Program-made: the position numbers and the translations under genes
From: Phoronis australis
Taxonomy: Eukaryota > Animalia > Phoronida
Length of the DNA: 43,669 nt
Assembly: GCA_002633005.1 (NCBI GenBank)
Contig: NMRA01000622.1
Coordinates: 100,856-144,524 of the forward strand
Direction of reading: 5' to 3'
Notes under the pieces: model-generated
Database searches by the model: none
Told to the model about the DNA's origin: nothing
Seen by the model: only the letters and a program-made list of their open reading frames with translations
Shown here: piece by piece, positions 13,201-25,059 of the stretch
How positions within the stretch are numbered: the first letter of the stretch is position 1
Layout: each line of letters opens with the position of its first letter

Positions 13201-16200
13201 ACCAAGTTCTAAATACACCTCGTTTGAGCGAGCGCTGTGGCCAGCGACCAGTTAGGCCTAAGGGTAGCCTTGGGGCAAAGCTGTATAGGCCTACTAACAA
13301 GCTGTATTTTGACGATAGTCTTCACTGGTAGCTGGTGACTGAAGCTAACTAAGGTCTGCCGCGGCAGTGTGACACAGAACTAACCAGCCCGTAATTTCAT
13401 GCAAGTGTCAGAAACTACCCTTGAACATATGCAGCATTTATGATTTGACCATTTTACTTCGACAAAACAAATTGCAACCGCATGCATTTGCCGTTCACCA
13501 GTGTCTGATCTCGATCTGCACCGGGTCCGATAGGCTGCGGTCCCGAGTCTGGCAAAATAATTTCTGTCAAAATTTATTCGCCACATTTCTTCATCAAATT
13601 CGATAACATTGTCCGTAGTTTGATTTTATTAAAATTAAGGCGCGCTTTCGATTATTTTATCCCCGTTTGCTAGCTGGTAACAGTACAGGCACTGCTCCAG
13701 TCGCACTGACAGCGTTTTCTCGGCCTGGGTTCCTGAATGAATTGTACTTCCGGGTTCGCGGCAAGTTCAAAATGGCGGTGGTTCTTCGGGTGCATATCGT
13801 GAATGGCGCATTCATTTAAACTTTTTTCGAAATCGGATCGTGTATTAGTTATGGGGTATGTACTTCTTGGATCCTTATAACATCCTCTAACCATATAATA
13901 AGGGTTAACAACGCGTGAGAGAAGGACTTTAAGTCAAAAATTTAAGTCAAACTATAGATTATAAACAGGGCTAAGTTGCATAAAACTTCACACTTATCCG
14001 TTGGATAAATTTGATTGTTGCATGACATCAGGTGCATAGTTCAACAATAACAACGTGGCGTGTGATAATGCGACGTCATTGTTGCTATACAGCATACGAC
14101 TTTTATGCAACTGGGCCCTGATTCGCAACTCCGACATTTTCATGAGGAATATGTCAGAGGGTGCCACTCTCCTAAATTACCAGTCTCAGCTTCTGGTTAG
14201 GGTACAGTAATGGGAAATTCTTGCATCTATTTTAATGTCTAGTACAACAAAAACAAGGAATTTCATCATCAGAAACGCTGTTCAAAGTCTCCCAATAGTA
14301 GAACTCTTGGGATCACGAGTACTTTTGGCAATGCTACAGGTACAATGTACCCGGTAATTGAAAAACTTAAACTTTAGCGCTGACTGATTTTGTCGTCTGC
14401 TTTCACACAGCGGCATATAATTACTCCGAACAGTTTGGGATTGAGGGATCATGTACTGACACAATTACAAAAGCGTATTTGTGCACAAATTATTAGGAGC
14501 ATTTATGAATGCAAAAGGTGCATATCTAACGTTTATGTTTCAGAAATATATTAATTTTGTTCCAATTAAAAATGCGAAATAGAATGCACAACAAATTAAC
14601 TAGTCTAACCTAAATCTGTTATAATTAAACATTCTCAACTGAGCACTTCTGGGAAGTGTTAAGTGATCCTTAAAGCGCCGTTGGTCATACTGTGTGTGAG
14701 CCTTAGGTGTCTGTACTGTGAATTGGTCTTTAAAAGAACAGTTGGATACTTCAACACAAATCATACAGTATACAGTGCTCACTTTTCTTCATTCAAATTT
14801 TCATCAGGAAAGGTTGGATGAAAACAAAGATGATGACAAATTGACAATTGATGACAGTTGCAATAAACTTAAATAGATGTTACCGTACACCAATGTTGTC
14901 ACGAACCCTGCCTTGTTCAATTCTTGTTCCTGGATACACAAGTAATTCTGAACCATAGGGAAAAAACAGACAACATATCAAATCAAATTTTGAAAGTCAT
15001 CACCTTCGTAGGATTCTGTGCTGCAATCACCAGACTGAAGCTCTTCTCCAACATTCATGACGAAAACTGATGTGGCAACTGACGGAAAATTGCATGCGCT
15101 CTTGTCCTTCGTTTCTATCCCCACCCATTTTTTAAAGGAAGGGGTGTTCCGTTTTTGTCTTCAATTGATAATGCATAATTTTATTTTAACAATGCATTAA
15201 CCATGTTGAATACATTTAAATGAACTGGCCTCATTGATTTCGAGCGCACACCCAGCCTAAAATGTAGGGGGGGGGGGGCTCGAATTTTTTGGTATGTGGA
15301 TCTTTTACTGAAAAAAAAAAATAATGATGACTAAAAAAACGGGGCCACTTAGGTTCAGGCCTACGAATTGTGCATCCATTTGCTCGGACTTTTTGTTTCA
15401 TAGAGGCAGACCTTTTGCCCAATTTGCCAAATTGGGGGGCTCGTTCAAGTCCCCCGAGCCCACTGAGCAACTGGTTATTTTTACACTGCTCGCATCAGAG
15501 GATATGACATCAATCTCCTGGCCAATGCAGTTTGAAAATGGCCAGTTGCCGTATTTGGCAACTGAACGAAGGACTGCTAAAATGTTTGATTATGGGAATA
15601 TTTGTTCGAGCTGAAAGGAATTAAAGACATCGATGGCCCCCGAAGGTGTCCCTCTATGCACGAAAGGTTCTTATAACTATGTGACTTTGATAGTTTAATC
15701 AGTGTAAGGCATAATTTGCCAAAAAGTTTCCGGTGTATGAAGGCCTCATGCCATGGGATGGCCAGTCTCTACTGCTATAGTTGAGACTGTGGCACTGATT
15801 ACCAACATTTTTCCATGATTCAGATATCAAACAGCAGTTTTACAACTCTCAAGTTGTTGTAAAAACAACACTTGATGACTGTGAGATAAGTTTACTTATT
15901 TCTTCCAAATTCTTCCAATAGTTAGCCTAAAGCAAATAATCTGCGCAATGATTCGGAACTAAAATGGCTCAGAAGCAGACGATCGAACTAAAGAGTTTTC
16001 ACTTTTGAAAAATCGTGATTTGAAACACAAATGTAGCCTACATTATAGAGAACTGGAAATGACGGAATTTAATTGAATTAAATTTCTACTTGTCAGGAAA
16101 TAACAACAAGAGGTCTATGTTCGAAGACAACGCGTAGCGCGGTGTCGATCGTGGCGTGTGTTCACCACACCTTCGTGAACAAAGCGAGTGGTCAGAGCTC

Positions 16201-16503
16201 GTAACATTTTAGCCTGTTGATGGATTTTCTGTCAGGTGACACCACTCGAAAGCACAGAAAAATATGTTTAATGAAGTTAAATAAGCTTAAAGCTTCACAG
16301 ACAAAATTCACAATACAAATAAACAAATAACTGTAAAGTGAAGCCACCGTGCGGCTACAGCCTACACTACAGTCTGTGTAGTAGGCGAGGTAGCCACGTT
16401 TTCCTAAACTGATCGCTGTACTTACGTATAAACCAGCAGCGAGAACAGCCACAAAGTATACAGCGACTGCAACATAGTCCCACACTTCAAGTTTAGCAGC
16501 CAT
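4160..16503 (-). CDS. SLC5A3-like: SLC5 sodium/solute symporter (sodium/myo-inositol or sodium/glucose cotransporter-like), 5' part; join of 16503-16426, 7296-7225, 4264-4160; continues beyond the left edge
   Basis: Spliced peptide [85 protein letters not shown] has the SSF hallmarks YFLAGR and SNIGSxHFxGLAG; GT..AG introns, all phase 0. Confidence 0.93.
4860..6895 (+). mobile_element. Tandem non-autonomous Helentron/HINE-like (pearl-type) modules: ~130-145-bp core repeats followed by a 3' hairpin
   Basis: Recurring core aaaa(t)ggccactag..aaatttca..aagatcc..gagata; hairpins at 5971-6000 and 6861-6892 (tatgcaaccacatat-aa-atatgtgggtgcata), each preceded by a decayed gaca/gga-type tract. Confidence 0.65.
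7225..7296 (-). CDS. SLC5A3-like: SLC5 exon 2 ([24 protein letters not shown])
   Basis: Acceptor cttttag, donor gtaagt; NRGTVxGYFLAGR motif. Confidence 0.95.
7810..9060 (+). mobile_element. Decayed DNA transposon with a THAP-domain pseudogene (Kolobok/P-like)
   Basis: Frameshifted [37 protein letters not shown] (7968-8170); inverted tga(c/t)gtcatcagtg at 7873 and 8954 with similar outer flanks. Confidence 0.5.
9845..10100 (+). repeat. Dispersed repeat family A, copy 1 (hAT-like MITE)
   Basis: Aligns with 32141-32382 directly and with 15528-15797 inverted (shared ctttaattccttcca, ttcagttgcccaaatc.gcaactg.ccat). Confidence 0.75.
12920..13151 (+). repeat. Dispersed repeat family B, copy 1
   Basis: Aligns with 42778-43000 (aaagtagaaaa.gagacaa, agctctgaac.taccc, cttttaggct.ggtgcgc.cat). 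Confidence 0.8.
13966..14120. mobile_element. MITE, Harbinger-like
   Basis: Terminal inverted repeats cagggctaagttgcataaaa ... ttttatgcaactgggccctg; CWG-type flanks. Confidence 0.65.
15243..15460 (-). repeat. Dispersed repeat family B, copy 2 (inverted, internally deleted)
   Basis: gcgcacacccagcctaaaa...ggctcgaattttt...gggggctcgttc is the reverse complement of family B ends. Confidence 0.7.
15528..15797 (-). repeat. Dispersed repeat family A, copy 2 (inverted)
   Basis: Reverse complement of copies 1 and 3; CAG...CACTG termini. Confidence 0.75.
16426..16503 (-). CDS. SLC5A3-like: SLC5 exon 1, coding part ([26 protein letters not shown])
   Basis: aaaATGG start context, D..V...YF..V...GL first TM helix, donor gtaagt. 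Confidence 0.9.
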
Positions 16504-16639
16504 TTTAAATGATTTTGTACATGAAGAGACTGTAAATCAACAAAACATGTTTCATGCCGTGATTCAAGTCTATTTACGATCTTTCCAGAAGAACTGCGAT
16601 GAATGGATATGTGTACATATTCTCAAACCCAAATAAAGC

Positions 16640-16690
16640 TAGCCGATTGGTTAACTCAAGTCGCACCAATGAGCTATCCAATGAGATAGC
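16640..16690 (-). promoter_or_regulatory. Candidate proximal promoter of the SLC5 gene: three CCAAT boxes
   Basis: gattgg, ccaatgag and ccaatgag within 45 bp, 140-180 nt upstream of the ATG. Confidence 0.35.
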
Positions 16691-18036
16691 TATCACGTCG
16701 CAATACTACCGCCCTCTGTATACTGCACAATGAGATAAATTAATTCTTAAGTCCTTGGCTAAAGTAGGAACCTCGGCGGAAGCCCGGCTTTCGCAGAAGT
16801 ATAGACAAACCGGTAACGTTTGTGTCAAATTCAGAACGAAAGTGCTTAGGACGAGGCTTCTTCAGGTTTCCAAGGGATCGAAAAATTTAAAACTTGTGCA
16901 AATTACGCATTTTAGTTCTTTTTCTCAATTGCACTCACAGTGATATGCTGTTCTCAGTTTTCATAAACTCAAGCCCAAATGTTCAAGGTATGATAAAGTT
17001 GATACCACAATTTAATTTCAACACTTGTAGGGACATTGTTTTTGTACATGATGTGACGCTGTGTGATATTGGATACTGTTTTGTTTATATACATTTTGAA
17101 TGTCAAAAACTTGTACCCCTTTGAAAATAGCATGAGTTACCGCCGCATCATTTATTCGCATACTCTTGCTGCTTTTCGCCATTAATTGTTATTTCTCGTT
17201 TTAAAAATTCAATGTTTCGGAGCATTTTGACGTAGGTTGAAACTTGTACAAATAAGGCCGCCAACGCAACCCCCCGGCTCTCCCCCACTACGCAGCCTTG
17301 GAAAAATCTGTCTTGCACTGACGTGCAACAACGAGTCATTAAGGGGTCTGGTGGCCGAAAAACGCCTTTTCGGGGATTATGGATTATTGTTGAAAGGGAT
17401 AGACTCATTAGCTTGAAGTTGACAAACTAGGGGGGTGGGGGTGGGGGTTATTACATATCACCAATTTCTACTTTTGGCCGTTGGCGGGATCCAGACATTC
17501 GCTGAAACCATGCAAGTCCGGTATTTCTGCGCCTTAACAGCTGTGCCATTCGAAAATTCCTGAACCATCCTGAAAACGCACGTTGATGAAATCACAATTC
17601 TATGCATTTCAGTTTCACAAGTTAATTTATGTTTGCAACTGATACAAAGCTGAAAAAATTAAGTTAGTTGATATCATGAAAATATTAGTACCGGGTAGTG
17701 ATAACTGTTTCACATACTCAACTGTCGATCAAAAATTCCATCGTGAATACAGCTCTATAAAATTAATGTATACTTTCATTTGAAAGACCGACAAAAACAA
17801 ATGCCTATCTACAAGCCAATAAAAATATCAGATCGTCAATAGGTAAATCTCATCCCCGATCTCAACCTCAGTCCTAAATGTCCCATGTCCGTGGAATAAC
17901 ATATCAGTGATTGCAGAATTACTATTTTAATGGTTTTCTGTGTTTTTCGTAAATGATTATAACCATATTGTTCGTTTGCAATGGTAGAGACATTGGCATT
18001 TCTGGTGAAATCGTGAATTAAACAAGAGCGTCAAAC

Positions 18037-18118
18037 AGGCGGCGCACCATAGGGAGCTGAAGGAGGGTCTGTAGCTCCCCCCACTTTTTTCAATGCTACG
18101 CCGCCCATGTCAAATAGT
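18037..18118 (+). repeat. Short G-rich dispersed repeat, similar to 22560-22655
   Basis: Shared caccatag..ggg..tagc.ccc..tttttca.tgct.cgc.gccca.gt.aaatag. Confidence 0.6.
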
Positions 18119-18998
18119 GTCTGTATTCGAACAAACCTCCCTCATGAGGACAACAAATTAACCTGTTCAGAACGTGAAAATTTCCAATATAACAATCACG
18201 GCTTCGTACAGTAGCCGTGCCTAGCTGTCGTACTCAAAGGCGTAGCTCGTGTGGTGAGTGCTGCCCACTAGACCATATAACCAAGAAGGCATCCTGGTAA
18301 TGTCCTCCTGATGTAACGTATATGGAGCCAGTGTTGAGTGAACTATCCTGTTTGACCTGCGGCGAATTATTTTCCGGGGGACAAGGCAGAGGTATAGGGT
18401 CCACTGTTCCATGCAGCGCGGGTCCGCAGCCATCATCCGAATGATTCCGGAGAAGGGGACAAGTTTGTGTTCCTGACAAGATGAACCCGCAGTTTGGCTA
18501 TCATACAAAAATATCGACGTGACACTTTTCTGCCCACACCAACACCCCCCCGCCCACTGCCATGAAGGTGACTTCAGTGGCTCACCGTTACGGTAGCCCG
18601 GCAATTTCTTTGGTTGCCGCGATCGAATTGTCGTGACGGCGTTAAGTTAGTGGGGAACGGGTACCAGGTGCGGCGAAAATGGGCTGCGACCGAGGACAGA
18701 GAAAGGTGGGACAGGTGAGGATTGGTGGCGTGAGGAAGGACAATAAGCCGGGCGATCGAGGAGGGGGAGGGGAGGGGGAGGGGGTGGAGTGAGGACCAGA
18801 AAAGCGGTGGCGACTAATAAGAACGGAGAATCTCTAGCTGTTGTATGATCAGGCGTCAGTAATGAAGTCGGTTATGAACTAATACCTTACTAAGTTGCTG
18901 ACGTAACCAACTTCCAACTTAATTCTGTCACGGGCGGCTGAGCTTGTGCCGCGCAATGATGATACCTGGGTGGGAGTTGTTTGAACTCATTTGTTCCG

Positions 18999-19956
18999 AT
19001 GTTGTTTCTCGTTATGGAGTACAGTGCTATAGGGTGGAATTTTGTTTAGTGAAAACTATGTATGTAAGTTTAGAACTACTATCACAAATTCCATCTATAT
19101 TTTTGGACAATCTTCGGTCTAATGGTCCTCAAACATTGTTTTATCATCCATTCAAAAACGAAAGGATCATGTCCGTGCCACTCATCAATTTGGAAGCCGA
19201 CCATGGGTGCTACTGCTGCCTTAGCAAGTAGGGCATAACCAAATGACATCTAGAGGTATTGCAATTATTCCGCAAGTTTACAATTTCTTTAAAATATATC
19301 CACATGATCAAGCACCGCAAGAGCTCTGTGATAATAAAACCGTGCACTATACCTAAAACAAAAATAACAGAAGTTTATACTAGGGGAGAATGTCCCCTTC
19401 TCCACTTTTACTAATATTTTCGATGACTAAAAATATTTCGTAATTCTAAACACCAAAAGTGTTACACAAAATGCAAATTCAACGTAGTGATTGTGGCATC
19501 CGGAGAGGTGTCTTGTGTCTACACAACTTTTACACGTACCTTTAGTTGAAATACCAGTCGGGTTTCATGTTGACACTGAGTAGTCTGGCTACTCTATAGT
19601 AGTTTTGCGACGCCTACGTTGACAAGATATCTATATATTTGAAATATTTTAACAATACTTCAGTTTATTGGTTAAGGTTGAAAAACAACTGAGTTGTAAC
19701 ATTTTACCATATTTTACAATTATTTGAACGTGTCATCGAAGGCAAAAAGGATGCCGAATAAGCACCATGGAGGGCTTTTTCGATCCTTTTTCCATCCGTG
19801 ATGGTTTAATGTTGGAAGGGCCTTTCGGAAATCCCCGGTAATGAATGTTTTTTGTTGTCAAACTCCACAAATCCAATAAAGGACATTTTTGAACGCAAAT
19901 TGACAACATGCCGGACTCTGACGCCATATACTGTTTGCTATCGCCAATAGGGATAA
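18999..19956 (+). repeat. ~1-kb duplicated segment, copy 1
   Basis: Near-identical to 23516-24668 apart from indels. Confidence 0.95.
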
Positions 19957-22559
19957 CAGAGGATTTTTCGAGCACTACTCACCCGAGAATTGTTCAAATC
20001 GAGCAGGAAATATATCCTGTATCATTTACGCTCAGGTGGACTTTCGTTTTCGAAAAGAAAATCAACTAAAAATGCTGCACCAACGATTCGATTAAAAAAA
20101 ACTCGGATCAGCACCATCAAATTATGCTTTTTTGGCAAAATGTGATAAACCATAAGTGCCAACCTATACATTTTTATGGCACTGTTACCAGAGGGCTGTT
20201 TCTTTGGACATCGTGGCTGAATCCTAAAATCACGTGCAAACCAACTTGAGCTTGGGTAAGGCGGTCCACAACTACCCGAATGTTACCTATAGTCCAACAG
20301 TCGGGGAAGTCGATCGAAGGACATTGGCCTCGCATATTTTGCGAAGCAAAAGCAAAATACAAATATAGTCATTCACGTAAGAAAATCGACGTGTTTTTTG
20401 ATGAAAAAACGAACAATTGCCTTGTACCGTGTCGTATTTCGATGTTTTAAATTGTCTTCCGCGAAACATGTATTTTTCGGAATGGCGTGGGGATGCCTTG
20501 ACAATGATTTCCATGATAGAGAGTAGGTACACTTAAAATGGAAGACAAACGGGCCTCATCCACAAGTGTAAGTATGGAGCTAGGCCAGTCCCGGCTAACG
20601 AAATACAAAAAATTACGACTATATCACCCAGCTGCACTCATGACCTGAAAACCATTTTATAACGTATTTAAAAATACGTAGCACATTTTAGGGAACATGC
20701 TTGGGATATGAAGATTTCACTCCACAAAAGTTTAATCTGGATTTGCAATGAACAGGTCCTGCTCGTTCCATGGCGGGCGCGTATGGCTAACCACAGCGGA
20801 GAACTGTGGACCGTACACGTGCTGTATGCACTAACACATAAATGTAAAAGCTGTCTCGTAATTACACGTTTTATTCTTTCAGTAACGCATCATTTCTGGT
20901 ATTAACACCAATGCTGACGTCCGTATTTAGATCCATGCGCCTATATCCGAAACAATGTACATTTTTCAAACATTTGTTTGTCCAAATTGTTCGCATGTAG
21001 GCACATGCGCCTATGTTTCACTGTTGGCGTAGACGGCTATTCCTTGTATACCCATGGGTCTGCTGAAAATACCCAGACAAATATACCAAAAATGGTTTTA
21101 CGGCGCCGATATGAAAGGATGTCAGGAGGATGTTTACCCTTTGGCCCAGGGGAAATTTTGTTGTTGCCTCCAAAAGCAAGCATTTCCTTGATTTCTGAAG
21201 TATAATCAGCCCTTGACAGCTCTTGCTTGGCCAGGTTGCTATTTGCAACTAGTGCGGCAAAATCCCACGACCCAGATCGCATTCTGGAATCCGACGTTGC
21301 CGCTCGGCAAATTTTCAGCTCGTTAAGTTGCCACTAAAATCGCCTTTGATTCTAAACTTCCACCTGCTTTACCTAATGTTTTTGTCCCGATACAAGCAGG
21401 CACATAATTTATGTGATTACGACGTGTACTAAAATGATAAACCCAATATTTTCTCACACTTTTGCTGTTTCATTTCCTGCCCCCCCCCCTTCACGAATCC
21501 CCCTATAAAATGCTGGTAAATAAATGCTGAGAAACTAGGAACGGTTTTATGCAACTGACTCGCCACCTAACTAGTATTACATCTTTAAAATCAAACATCG
21601 TTTCTACTGGAGAAATATTAGAATCAGCTTTTGTAATTGTCGGTGGGTGTCCTCCTTGGCGCACCAGCTGAAAGTGTGTCTATTGTCTGCGGTGGAACTG
21701 CAGAACTGTGTTTGGAGCCAAAACTCAACTTTTTTTCCTTGTAGTAAAGGTCCATTGTGGCACGTTGATACGTTCTGTTATTACTATGGTTGTGTTTCTC
21801 AGTGACTCTTATTGTAAAACTCTATGGATTTGACGGTACGGTGCTGCCATGTTCAGAGGTCTTGTGAGTATCATTTTTGTTATGCAAATTAGTATGTAAG
21901 GTATGCTGGTGTTTGTCCTATCTGAGTTCAGTTTGACACTGACAACCGACTGAGAGTTTTTTGAATGAACCATTCTGACCGTTTTACACGAAGTTTAACT
22001 GACTTTGGCTGACAGGGCCTTGACAACGTTCTTAGCTATGCACAAGTAAAAACATCTGGGATTCAAGGAATATGAAAAGTACCATTAGTTTCCAGTAAAG
22101 CCATCATGATGTCCTGCTATGTATATTAGGAATATTTCTGTGAACACCCTTGGTGTACTTTTCATCTACACTAGTCAGTGCTGAGATACCTGCATGGTAT
22201 TGCCAACCATTTTGGAAAGGAGAGGCCAAGTCTCACAATATAGGGAAACTTTCCGAAAAAGCCTCGATTCCTAACAAACTGCACCTTTTCGCCTGCTGTC
22301 GCCTACGGGTCGTCGTTTCAGTTTGCAGCAAACGGAACCATGCTCAAACTAAACATTTTACATTTTGAAAACAGGTCTTTCTTGTTACGCTTTTTATTTT
22401 TTGCTTACATTCAGATTTTCATCTTGTTTTGTATCCATTCCGGCATATGTTCATTCTTCTTACATAATACACGTATCCGGGCCAGTTACTGACTTAGCAC
22501 ATTTACTCGATTTATTCAAATCCTATCCGCCTAGTTGGATGAATTCAGTATAATAATCA

Positions 22560-22655
22560 TGGGCCGCCCACCATAGCGGGATGGGGGGGGGGGGGGGGGG
22601 GNGGGGGCTATAGCCCCTATTTTTTTCAGTGCTGCGCTGCCCAAGTTAAATAGCA
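22560..22655 (+). repeat. Short G-rich dispersed repeat with a poly-G run containing an N
   Basis: Similar to 18037-18118. Confidence 0.6.
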
Positions 22656-23515
22656 TTTTGCGTTTGATGTTTTGGATAAAGGTATTGCTTTCTACTTCCG
22701 GTAAGCAAGTTTATACGTAGTCACAAAGGCGCATTGAGTAGGAACACAAGCTGTCGCAACTGCACAAACTGTGGCAATCTCTTCAATTTGCGATAATTTG
22801 CGGAGACCCTCGAAACACAAACTGTGGTTTCTTTCGTTGCAACAGTTTCTGGTCAGTGGAACTACACGCCTGTCGTAAACTTCAGATAGCACCATTTCGT
22901 GCAGACCTTCGTAGCACAATGCAGTTGACCCTCGGTTTCCAAACCGCAGAAAACTGATGCTAAACCTTTGCATCTGAAGACTGACTCCATGGTGCAAAAG
23001 ATTGTCGTATTGTCATTTCAGGAAGTCATCCTACATGACAGCGTTTTCCCGTTCAGTGACGTTACCAGACGTAGTAGGGCGGGGGGTTCTGAGCATGTGA
23101 TAACATATCTACCTTCTTTGTTAACTGCCAAACGCAGTCTTTTGTCCGTTATGACAACAGGCAGGCCAATAGCGGAGTTGCAACCGAATCGATTTAACGA
23201 TTGCGCATGTCCGGAAATTAGGGTGCGCAAAGGCTACTGGGATTGTTGATGGTAAACGGGATGACCGACTGGTTTGCACGACGTGTAATTTGTGTGCATT
23301 AAACTACGCTGCTGTATGTAATTCTGCCGCTATTCGCCCTAATTAGCGCCCATGGCTCAACAAGTGCCCCAACGCGTTTTCAGACTTTGCTAAAGTAAGC
23401 GCCCAGCCCATGAACTACATGCGAAAAATGCCCTTACCTACAGTTCTAACGTCTCCAATTTATCAATTGAAAGATCCGACAGCCTGAATTTGTAACGGAC
23501 CACGAGCCTCACCGN

Positions 23516-24668
23516 ATGTTGTTTCTCGTTATGGAGTACAGTGCTATAGGGTGGAATTTTGTTTAGTGAAAACTAAGTAAGTTTAGAACCATCATCTCAA
23601 ATTTGTATTTCACGCCACTGCTCTCAGGGAAAAGCTGCTCAGCGTTATCCTGTAAACTTTATGTAACATGTGAGCCAAGGCCTTAAATGTTGAAATACAT
23701 GAATTTGAATTTGAAATTCCATCTATATTTTTTGGACAATCTTCGGTCTAATGGTCCTCAAACATTGTTTTATCATCCGTTTAAAAACGAAAAGATCATG
23801 CCCGTGCCACTCGTCAGTTTGGAAGCCGACCATGGGTGCTACTGCTGCCTTAGCAAGTAGGGCATAACCAAATGACATCTAGAGGTATTGCAATTATTCC
23901 GAAAGTTTACAATTTCTTTAAAATGTATCCACATGATCAAGCACCACAAGAGCTCTGTGATAATAAAACCGTACAGTATACCTAAAACAAAAACAACAGA
24001 TGTTTATCTAGGGGAAAATGTCCCCTTCTTCACTTTTACTAAATCTTTTCGATGACTCCGCCGTTTTTCAACCGAAATTATTAAAAGTCATATCATTGTA
24101 AATTCCTCCATGAGCTCATGATGGTGCATGATATGCATGTACCAAAAGCAAAGGATAAATACTAATTTTTTTCATATCTGACCGACTAAAAAATATTTTG
24201 TAATTCTAAACACCAAAAGTGTTACACAAAATGCAAATTCAACGCAGTGATTGTGGCATCCGGAGAGGTGTCTTGTGTCTACACAACTTTTACCTTTAGT
24301 TGAAATACCAGTCGGGTTTCATGTTGACACTGAGTAGTTTGGCTACTCTATAGTAGTTTTGCGACGCCTACGTTGACAAGATATCTAAATATTTCAAATA
24401 TTTTAACAATACTTCAGTTTATTGGTTAAGGTTGAAAAACAACTGAGTTGTAACATTTTGCCATATTTTACATTCATTTGAACGTGTCCCGGAAGGCAAA
24501 AAACGATGCCGAATAAGCACCATGGTTTAATGTTGGAAGGGCCTTTCGAAAATACCCGGTAATGAATGTTTTTTGTTGTCAAACTCCACAAATCCAATAA
24601 AGGACATTTTTGAACGCAAATTGGCAACATGCGGGCTGTGACGCCATATACTGTCGCCAACAGGGATA
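23516..24668 (+). repeat. ~1-kb duplicated segment, copy 2 (starts right after the N at 23515)
   Basis: Near-identical to 18999-19956, with two extra blocks of 115 and 130 bp. Confidence 0.95.
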
Positions 24669-25059
24669 CCAGTCTGGTCACTGATTAAGAGTTTTCACCT
24701 CATCAAAAATACATTGCACAATGTATGTTTCGTTCGATTTTATTTGCTGTATTTTGAAATTCGTAACTTTTTGTGGGAAAGTAATATCGCCCCTGTATGC
24801 CTGCAGGATTCAGGACGATGCAATGAGTGCCTAGCATTTACTGTGACCTGCTCCATCAAGTTTGCAACAAATTCGCGATCAAAGCTCAAAAATCGTCCCA
24901 AAAAGTCGATGTGTACTGTCAATGTGCTGCATGAAAATTGCTGATTCATTGCAGGTCACAACATTAATAACTCCACACTTATCCAGACCATTCTGAAACC
25001 TGTCGTGATAAATCGGCAATTGCCGTCCATCCGCAAGTCATCGGATAATTTTGTATCGA

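Noticed and set aside
13380-13894. Cys-containing short ORFs near an aaaatggcgg motif as a transposon accessory gene
   Set aside because: Motifs are too weak to assign.
16192-16425. ORF-track extension of the SLC5 first exon to 103 aa
   Set aside because: Read-through into the intron past the gtaagt donor; similarity stops at the donor.
18221-18604. 127-aa and 81-aa minus-strand ORFs as a gene
   Set aside because: No recognisable domain and no supporting exon chain.
22583-22608. Long poly-G as a functional G-quadruplex
   Set aside because: It contains an N and lies in a short repeat, so its length is unreliable.
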